The notes below the pieces were generated by a model, which saw only the letters and a program-made list of their open reading frames with translations, was not told the origin of the DNA and searched no databases. Below, piece after piece: positions 55,416 through 64,000 of a stretch of DNA of 64,000 nucleotides. This DNA comes from Eledone cirrhosa. Taxonomy: Eukaryota. A program made the position numbers and the translations under genes. The DNA is taken from the NCBI GenBank assembly GCA_964016885.1, contig OZ024740.1, positions 257,610,001-257,674,000 of the forward strand, given 5' to 3'. The first letter of the stretch is position 1; every line of letters begins with the position of its first letter.

Positions 55416-55850
55416 TATAAAAATTGATGAGCAGAACAAACAAACATTAAACAATCCTTTAAATAAATTAAAAAATGATTTAAATATCTACCTGTTCATA
55501 ATGCTATTACCGGCGGTTTCCATCTACAAAAGATTGGAAATACAGAGAATTTCCAACGGAAAGTAGATTTCATCAGATAGCTATTTCCTTTTATTAGGAC
55601 ATACGTCCCATGGTCCGCAAAAATAATGCCAACTACCAGCTCGTATGAGTTATGGCCGTTAAAGTGACCCACACGTGACCCCGCCGCTAGAGCAAGCGGG
55701 AATATTACAGACTTGTTTGTTTGTTCTGCTCATCAATTTTTATAGTTCTGGTATCTCGAATTAGTACCATAGAACAACAATTATATTATAGATACCCTAT
55801 ATATCTCTATTGGTACTTAGTACTCAGTGAGATATTTACCTCATTTTTAT
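55416..55850. mobile_element. Hammerhead element, same family as 50354-50920, with 30-bp inverted arms and tail
   Basis: TATAAAAATTGATGAGCAGAACAAACAAAC (55416-55445) mirrors 55715-55744; tail to ~55850; inserted in (TA)n. Confidence 0.75.
55503..55581 (-). ncRNA. Type I hammerhead ribozyme with extended stem II
   Basis: Reverse complement GCTAT-CTGATGA-A-ATCTAC...[TTGGAAAT-loop-ATTTCCAA]...GTAGAT-G-GAAA-CCGCCGG-TA-ATAGC; perfect 5-bp stem I. Confidence 0.88.
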
Positions 55851-56929
55851 ATATATATATATTAATATATATCTATGTATGTTTGTATGTTTCAGGATTT
55901 AACTAGTATGATTATTAAGACACCATTCAGCAGAGTACCCGATACTTGGGATTGGGGAGTGTGACTGAACGTCTTTTTGCGTGTGCTTGTGTGTGTGTGG
56001 GGGGTGGGGTGGGGTGGGGGGGGGGGTTCTGCGTCCTACTCCGTTTTCCATTTTCTTTATACATCACACATTTAACCGTATTTTTATTTTTCAATTGTTT
56101 GCTTTTAATTTCACCCCACCAACACATATTTCATTATCCTTCCTTTCCTCTCTCCATATTTCTTATTCCTTCATTCCTCCCATAACCTCTCTTTATTTTC
56201 TATACTTAACTTCCTGCCACTCGTTACCATTCCTTCATCCACTCCAATCGAAGATTCTTATCTATAACTTCATTTCAATTTAGTTCCTTAAATTTCATTC
56301 CTTAATTCAGAAACCACCCTTCGCTATCTAACGAAAGATTCCAGGTTATAGTTGTTTCTCCCCCCAATTTGACACCTCCTCACCCAACTCTTATATTACA
56401 CACCTTTTCCTTTCACTTCTGTACTTCTCAATTTCCACCCTTCCCCTTAAAAACATACAGACACAACATACACCCCTGTGTCTGTGCTTTGGCTCCTTGA
56501 AGAAATTCCTCTTCATTCATTTGTACCATTATAATTGCTATTAATTAACTCATTAAGTATGCCAGCCTTGTGAAAATGATTTTATTCGTACTATCTAAAG
56601 TCTCGTCTAAACAGAGGGAAACTGGTGACAATTACTTTATACAAAGTTCGTTGTTTTTGTTGTTGTTGCTGCTGTTTTTGTTGTTGTTGCTGCTGTTTTT
56701 GTTGTTATTGCTGTTATTGTTGTTGTTAGGGAAATGACGAATTTCAATCCAATATCCATCTCGACTAGAATAAATAAAATGTAAATATTGCCATAAATAA
56801 AAATCATGTATACAATACATAACCCCCCCCCCCCCCCAGACACACACATTCTATATATAACTGTCTGAATACGCACGTGAGCTTTTTCTCAATTTGTTTT
56901 CCATTCCTCCCTTTTCACACTCTCTATCT

Positions 56930-57070
56930 TTCTACTTTTATTTCTCAATCTATCTTCTTATGAAGGACTAGTTTCCGAAGCCTTAAGACGTTTTTCTTAT
57001 TATTTCAAGCGTTAAAGTAATATATTCCTTCATTGTAGTGTCGTTTGCTTTGGTATTTCTATTTACTGTA
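56930..57070 (+). repeat. Decayed copy of the 41461/12075 hammerhead family
   Basis: CTTCTTATGAAGGACTAGTTTCCGAAGCCTTAAGAC followed by TCAAGCGTTAAAGTAATATA; core mutated. Confidence 0.6.
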
Positions 57071-57071
57071 T

Positions 57072-57470
57072 ACAGACTGTCAGCTTCTCTCCGTTCGTTC
57101 GCCGAAAAGAAGTAAGTGACATAGTCACTACTTTAAAACTGATAACGTATGGTTGTCTAAATGTTTTTAATTAAACATACGGTATATTGCCAAATATACT
57201 ATACATACATTCATGTTTGCATCGCTATTTGAGAGCACCAATCGTAATAGCTAATTTTTGCTGGACCGGCAATCGCTCTGTATAATCAGCTCCTGAAATC
57301 CAACGTACGTGGCTCTGAAGAACTCCAACCAGCGTGAAACAGACTGTCAGATTCTCTCCCTTCTTTCACCGAAAAGAAGTAAGTGACATAGTCACTACTT
57401 TAACACTGATAGCGTATGGTCTTCTAAATGTTTTTAATTAAACATACGGTATATTGCCAAATATACATAC
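57072..57470 (+). mobile_element. Retrozyme-like partial tandem (267-bp monomer, 1.5 copies)
   Basis: 57072-57200 is repeated at 57339-57467; a hammerhead spans the monomer junction. Confidence 0.72.
57311..57352 (+). ncRNA. Minimal hammerhead motif
   Basis: GGCT-CTGAAGA-ACTCCAACCAGCGT-GAAA-CAGACTG-TC-AGAT; the first copy has TC-AGCT, which restores stem I; stem II weak. Confidence 0.65.
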
Positions 57471-57599
57471 ATTCATATATATATATATAGTCAGGTTAGA
57501 TCGTAACAGATCGTACACTGAGCTGCTTGATAGCGAAATGCACGTCACAAGTGAATAACATATGTGCTCGTGAAATGAACGGGAAATTGACAGGCAATT

Positions 57600-57795
57600 T
57601 CAGAGACGCGCGAACTCAAGGAGATTCACAGTCAAAGTGAGCGATAAGGCTGGCCTTTTGAATTACAAGTACAACTTTTTTCCAACTGATTTTAGTGGAG
57701 CAACGTGAAATAATTCGTTACTTAGAAAGCAACGATACATCGGAAATTGAACTCATGATGTTACGATCGTCATTCAAAAACCTTCACCATTAATT
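57600..57795 (-). mobile_element. Decayed tRNA-derived CORE-type SINE
   Basis: GATAAGGCTGGCCTTTTGAATTACAAGTACAAC..TGGAGCAACGTGAAATAA..GGAAATTGAACTCATGATGTTACGATCGT resembles, from memory, the reverse strand of a common octopus SINE; includes a B-box-like GAGTTCAATTTCC. Confidence 0.55.
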
Positions 57796-58569
57796 CACAT
57801 TCTTTTATATTCTTGATAAGAAGAAAACAAACATCAAAACCTATTCTTTGGCTTTGTACATTAAATCTGTGGTGATTCTATTAAAGATATCTGGAAAGTT
57901 TTCATGATTTCAATATTCAAATAAAAACTTTATAATTCAATTGATATTTTGTGTGTTTAAAAGTCAAAAGAAACATTAATGTTCGTTATGGATCACATTT
58001 TGATGGGGCATCAGAAAAAGAGAATTCACGTTAATATTATTACAAGATGTATATATCATAGATGTATATATCATAGATGTATATACCATAGATTTAGATT
58101 TCTTACATCACAAACAATCAGTTATAAACTAGGATACACTTCAAAAATGTTCAAGGTTAGGAACTTCTCTTTGAGAATTATGTAAGAATATTTAACAGTC
58201 AGAGTATAGCCTTTTTATTGAAGATGCCTATATCTATCTTTATACATAATCTATCAATATCACCAGAGAAGTGATTGTTATCATTTACAAAGGGAAGGAT
58301 GACACATTCACTCAATGTCATAACGAATTAATTTCTTATTTAACAACATTTAAATTTTGTTTTCCTTGAAGGTGTATATATCTAATATTAAAAGAAAGAT
58401 ATCGATGTATTTACAAAGAATTGAAACTAAAATAAAACAACTCGACTGCAGCGAGGCATAATATCTTTCAGACATACACTGCAGCAACTGACACAAAGAT
58501 GTCCTGACTCTAGTAGTGTAGATCTAATAAATTAGTGAACTTTTTAAAGATAGGTTGGAGGAATATATA

Positions 58570-59065
58570 TATATTTTCGCAATATTATACACAACTGAAT
58601 CCATTCGCCTAATATAGGTGTTGCCTCCCTTGCTGAACCCCACGTGGGTCAGTTACAGACACATTTATGTGGACATTAGAACTGAATCCCGTTGACAACG
58701 CGTACTCCCAGTTCAGTCATAGTACCAGAAGCCTAACATCCTTTATGTAAGTGGACAGTAAATCACTTATGGAGCCGCAGAAACCCAAATACTGGATTTT
58801 ACCATCTCTCCAGGGGTCCGGGTAAATTTTCAACCATATATATTTTTATATATTTTTATATTTGTATATCTGATGACCCGAATTAGGCGGTCGATTTTTC
58901 GGTGTGCGGATGATTAGTTTAACCACCATCTCAGTGTGTTTGGCCTTTAACGTAAGTTTTAGCTCTAATTCATATGAATTATCGAGCGCTTGCCGCACAA
59001 CTCGGAAGTGTTTATCGTCAATTCCTGAGCTGAAATTCGATTCTCGCTAATTTTTACTTATATAT
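58570..59065 (-). repeat. Diverged inverted copy of the 62902-63730 repeat family
   Basis: The reverse complement of 58690-58830 (ACCCGGACCCCTGGAGAGATGGTAAAATCCAGTATTTGGGTTTCTGCG) aligns with 63121-63260. Confidence 0.7.
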
Positions 59066-59899
59066 ATATATATATAAATATGAGTTCCTGTATACATAAG
59101 AATTTGTGTTTATATATGTGTGTGGTATATATATTCATCTATGCAATATGTATGTGTATGCAAGTATATATGTGTGTGTGTGTGCCATATACATATGTAG
59201 TTTATTGATGCTAAGATTAACTAGTATTATTGCATAGTTATATTATTTGATTGAATCAATAATACAGTTCCTCCTCCCACCTATCTCTGCTGTAGCCACT
59301 ATGGTCTTACGAGACCATTATGGAGGAATTTTGCGTCATCTATATATATATTAATTATGTATTAGTGACCCTATTAACCTACTTAACCCGTCAAGAGAAA
59401 TTGATTTCATTTGCACAATATATATTTGTATATTTTGTTGGTAAAAGGTACATTTTGCTTTGGCTCCTTGTGTATATATGTATCAATAGTTTATTTTAAA
59501 CAATATTTGAATGCATGTATGAATATATATATATATCTACTTGGAGTACCACCTTGACCATCGGCTCAACCCCAATTTAATCCTTCGTCACCAACCTCTG
59601 AACTGTTTTACCCAAACTCTCCCACAATAACTGTTCTGTCCTTGTTTAAGTTTTTCCTCTTCTATTATTTCTTGATTATTTGAATTTTATTATTTTTGTA
59701 TTTGTTTATTTCTGCTTATGATGTTTTGTCTATGCTTCTTTGTTTATATTTTCACCTCCTTATGATAATTTTGATTTAAATTTCCCTCGCCCGTCTCTGT
59801 TTACCCTTTTTCCACTTACCCCTTCGTCACCCCCCTGCTTTACATTCCACACCCACCATGCCCATCCCTTCTCCACCAACTCCACACCCGCCTTACACA

Positions 59900-61500
59900 T
59901 TTCCTCACCCCCTCCTCCCACCCTGCTATCTCCCTTCCGCACTCCAACTCTCCTACCTTCTCTTCGCCAAAACCCGGCATTCCAACCACATCCATTTCCT
60001 CAGTCGCTGCCTCCACCCCACCACATCCCCCTCGGCTTCCGACTACACTTCCACACCTACCCCTCCGCTTCCCCCTCGCGCCTCCTAAAGCGCAACTCCC
60101 ACCGCTCCTCCCTCTCCACCATCCGCAACCTTGAACACAAACACACCCACCCTCCACCGCCTCAACTCCGCATGCCACCCCCTCCTCGCCAACTCCATCT
60201 TCCTCTTCATCCAAAACCTCAAAATCGCTTCGACTTCCGCCACCGTTCCAAACAGCATAACATCTCACGGGGCGAACTCCTAGCTCTCCGCTCCCTCCGT
60301 AGCCGAGATGACATCGTCATCAAACCGGCGGACAAAGGAGGCGCCGTGGTGGTATGGTGCGCTGACTTCTACACGGCTGAAGCCCTCAGGCAGCTCCGTA
60401 ACTGTTCGACTCCGCCTGTTCGACTCCCTCATTTTCCCACCCGGTCCACACTCCCTCTACTTCACCCTAGATATTAAGTCCCTCTACACAGTTATCCCCC
60501 ACGCCAACGGCCTACGTGCCCTACGGCACTACCTCGACCTTAGCCCTCCTCCATACCCTCCACCCACCCTCCTTCGCCTCGCTGAGCTGGTCCTCACCCT
60601 CAACTGCTTCTCCTTCTCGGGTGAGTTTTACCAACAGGTCACTGGGGTAGCCATAGGCACATGAATGGGCCCTAAACAATGCCAACCTTTTCCTTGGCCA
60701 TGTTGAGGCCCAAATCTTTGCCCAGTACACCAGCCCCACGCCCAAACTGTACGGTCGTTACATCGACAACTGCATTGGAGCCACGACCCTCACCCGAGAA
60801 AAGCTCGACTCTTTTCTCTCCTTCTTCTGCTCCTTCCACCCTTCCCTCCACTTCACCACCTCGTCCACTTCTTCGACATCTGCTCTTTCAACCGTCCCTC
60901 CACTCCACCACCCGCTCCACCACCGCTCCCTTTTCACCTCCGCCTCACCCGACCTACCACATCCCCATCTTCCAACCCCACCCCTCCCCTCCTTCAAACG
61001 CGCGCGTGATCTCCGCTCCCTACTCGTCCGCAGCTCCCCCCAACCCACACTCTTCTCCGCCCTCCCCCAGTTCCCTTCCCTGCTCCATGCCACGCTGCCT
61101 CACCTGCCCCCATATCACCAACACCACCACCTTCCAGGGTCCCAACGGCCACTCTCTCTCTCTGTCCGGCACGCCTTCCGCTGCACCTCCACCAGCCTCG
61201 TCTGCGGACTTCGCTGCACGGAGTGCAGCGCCATCTACGTCGGACAGACTGGACGTCGCCTGGTGATCGGTTCACGGAGCACCTCCGAGATATTCGTCTC
61301 GGCGGGAGTTCCCCCATCGCCCGCCACTTTGCCCCCCCCCCCCTGGACATTCTGCCCACCAACTCACATTCTGTGGCCTGATCCAATGCCATGGGACATC
61401 CGCCACCCGCCCCACGGTCGAACAACACATCATCATCATCCTACAGACCCATACCCCCGCCCCCGGCCTGAACTCCCCACCCCTATTCCTTTAGCCTTTG
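59900..61500 (+). pseudogene. Decayed, internally deleted Penelope-like element (RT and GIY-YIG), C-rich family distinct from 45742
   Basis: LRSLRSRDDIVIKPADKGGAVVVW, FTLDIKSLYTVIPH, VLTLNCFSFSGEFYQQVTGVAIGT, YGRYIDNCIG, PCSMPRCLTC and CTECSAIYVGQTGRRL across broken frames. Confidence 0.88.
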
Positions 61501-62448
61501 ACAGACCGCTTTCCCCAACACACACATATCCCCCACTAACACACTCCTCAGTTTCACCGCCCCCACCCCCTTGGCCCACCCCACAACTAATAATACTAAC
61601 ACTATACACCACCCACGTACACACCGATACACCACCCACTCTACACACCCAACCACCACTACCTCCCACTTACACACCCGCATTCAACCTGCTCCCCACG
61701 ACCAGTAATACTAACACCCTCTCTACCGCACACACACTCATATCCAAACACGCACACACACACCAGTACACTACACTCGCCCCCCGTCCCCAACACCCTT
61801 TCTCTCCCTCTCTCTCTCTTCCCGCTCCACCTACACCCCCCACACACACATCCCACTAACACCTCCACTAATATACACACCATCGCCCCACACCACCACC
61901 TTCTCCCTCCACCTTTCACACCTATCCATCTTCACCCCTGCCCACTGCACCTCCGCACACACAGCCTTCAGTCCACACCACATACAGACCCTTTCTTTAC
62001 CTATCATCCTCCTCTACGGCTATCTCTTCACTCTGCTTTGACCCTCTGACCACTTCCTGTTGCGCGCGCACCCCACATCTCTCCACTTCCGCACTACCAC
62101 AACAGGATTTCACACCACCGGTCATCGTTCCAGCTATCCATTCTACGACACGCGAAATCTCCAACATCTTGTCTCACACTCCATGGAAATATCTTAGGAA
62201 CATACACACGAACAAACACATTATTTTCGAAACGCGCCACCTACATCCACACCACATATAAACAGAAACACACACGTGCGTATCCCCGCAGACACACCCC
62301 TCTCCATCCACACGCAAGCACACACCGACTTACACCCCACCCCACGTTTTTCCTCAATTGTTTTTTCTCTCCTTTCTCTCCCCCCTTTTTAAAAATGTCT
62401 TTCCACCATTCCCCCACACACCCTCGGAACTCTCTTCCTACCCACTGT

Positions 62449-62482
62449 TCTCCTGATGAAGGGCTTATGCCCGAAATGTGCC
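62449..62482 (+). ncRNA. Hammerhead motif in the 3' region of the decayed Penelope-like element
   Basis: CTGATGA-A-GGGC-TTAT-GCCC-GAAA-TGTG; core and stem II perfect, cleavage triplet and stem I lost. Confidence 0.6.
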
Positions 62483-62571
62483 CCCCCCCCACCTCCCACG
62501 CTCAAGCGTGAAACTAAAAACCATACCATTTGTACTGCCTCTGTTTTTTATTCTCTGCTCATCTTTTCAAC

Positions 62572-62610
<39 letters not shown>

Positions 62611-62856
62611 ATATATATATATATATATATGGATGTGTCTGTATGTATCTGTGTATAGAACCCTCGAACAATGTACATAAAAGAAATCACATTCAACCAC
62701 CAGTGTACATCTATGTTTTTATAACAGGTTGAATGAGTTACGGTGCATAACCCAACTAAACTTAAGTACCTGTATATATCACTGTTGTAACTAAGTATGC
62801 TTAACTCCTCCTATGGACTGAGTGTTCCTACTCTTGGATATTTTTGGCAAAATTTT

Positions 62857-62901
<45 letters not shown>

Positions 62902-62908
<7 letters not shown>

Positions 62909-63729
62909 TCAGCGAGAATCGTATTTCGGCGGGTAGAAATAAGCGAAACGCAACGCAATTTCCGAGTCATGCTTGCAAGCGCTCCATGGACCAAAAGAGA
63001 CCAGGGCAATAAACATAGGTTATAAAGGCCATACAAACTGAAAAGGCGGTTAAGAAGCTGTCAACCACCTAAGCCAAAAAACGAGTCAAGCTAAACAGGT
63101 CGAACAAAATAAATGAAATATTCACCCGGTCCCCTGGAAATGATGGTATAATCCAGTACAGGGTTTCTGCGACACATAAATCAATAATACTGTCTGCTTA
63201 AAAAATAAGCTTTTGGTACAATGATCGAACAAGTATACCATGTTATCAACAGGTATTATTTTCTGCACCAGCGTTGTGGATCACATAGTGTTTTGTAGCA
63301 GTGAAAGCACATGTGTAACTCACAGGGGAGAAAACCCCAGATTTTGGCAAATGAATTCAGTATGTGTAAATCAATGCAAAAATTGCAAAGGCAGCACAAA
63401 TCGAATTAATCTCTCGACCGGGTAATTTTTAAAATAAACTTACGCAATTAATCAGTCAATAGAATTATCTAAAAAAAATTACCTGGTAAGACTCGGGAGA
63501 CTAATACAAATATAAATTCAGCGAGAATCTTATTTTGGCGGGTAGAAATAAGCGAAACGCAACGCAATTTCCGAGTCATGCTGGCAAGCGCTCCATGGAC
63601 CAAAAGAGACCAGAGCTATAAACATAGGTTATAAAGGCCATACAAACTGAAAAGGCGGTTAAGAAGCTATCACGCACCTAAGCCAGAAAACGAGTCAAGC
63701 TAAACGGGCCAAACAAAATAAATGAAATA

Positions 63730-63730
<1 letters not shown>
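62902..63730 (+). repeat. Partial tandem element (609-bp period, ~220-bp terminal direct repeats) in (TA)n
   Basis: 62902-63121 is repeated with a few substitutions at 63511-63730; (TA)n on both sides. Confidence 0.85.
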
Positions 63731-63775
<45 letters not shown>

Positions 63776-64000
63776 GTATGTACGTATTAAATATTATACT
63801 CTTGGATGGCCAGATATGAACATTCCAGATATTTAGGTATGACTTTCTATATTTATTCTTTATATGAAATATTGATTGCATTTTCCTGTATCTCATGTCG
63901 GATATTTTTGCCTGAGAAAATACCTATATATATGTGTAGATAGTACGTACATATATTTATTATTTTTTTAATATCTCTATGTGTGTATAGATGGTACATA

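Noticed and set aside
58045-58092. Three copies of a 15-bp unit (AGATGTATATATCAT)
   Set aside because: An ordinary short tandem duplication.
58870-58900. CTGATGA followed by a short stem as a hammerhead
   Set aside because: No GAAA follows, and the motif is not conserved in the homologous copies at 62902-63730.

Overview
AT-rich, microsatellite-saturated eukaryotic DNA with no recognisable host gene. The SINE families match what I recall as octopus repeats, so a cephalopod source is inferred, not proven. Contents: (1) a near-intact 6-kb Tx1/L1-clade LINE (3461-9501; zinc-knuckle ORF1, APE-RT-CCHC ORF2 broken by one extra G) sitting between (ATT)n tracts; (2) a ~25-kb, almost G-free 48-bp minisatellite (15245-40500) with nested higher-order duplications, an indel-rich low-quality stretch and a 200-N gap; (3) a 5'-truncated but open Penelope-like RT/GIY-YIG ORF (45742-47622), a second decayed Penelope-like element, and decayed Tx1, RTE and CRE remnants; (4) the most notable signal: 13 type-I hammerhead ribozyme motifs (five with complete canonical cores and stems, the rest variant or decayed) from about seven sequence families. 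Most lie in short non-coding elements built as asymmetric palindromes or partial tandem repeats and inserted in (TA)n tracts, i.e. a dense population of retrozyme-like or non-autonomous Penelope elements next to a candidate mobiliser. All calls are by eye; no searches or folding programs were run.
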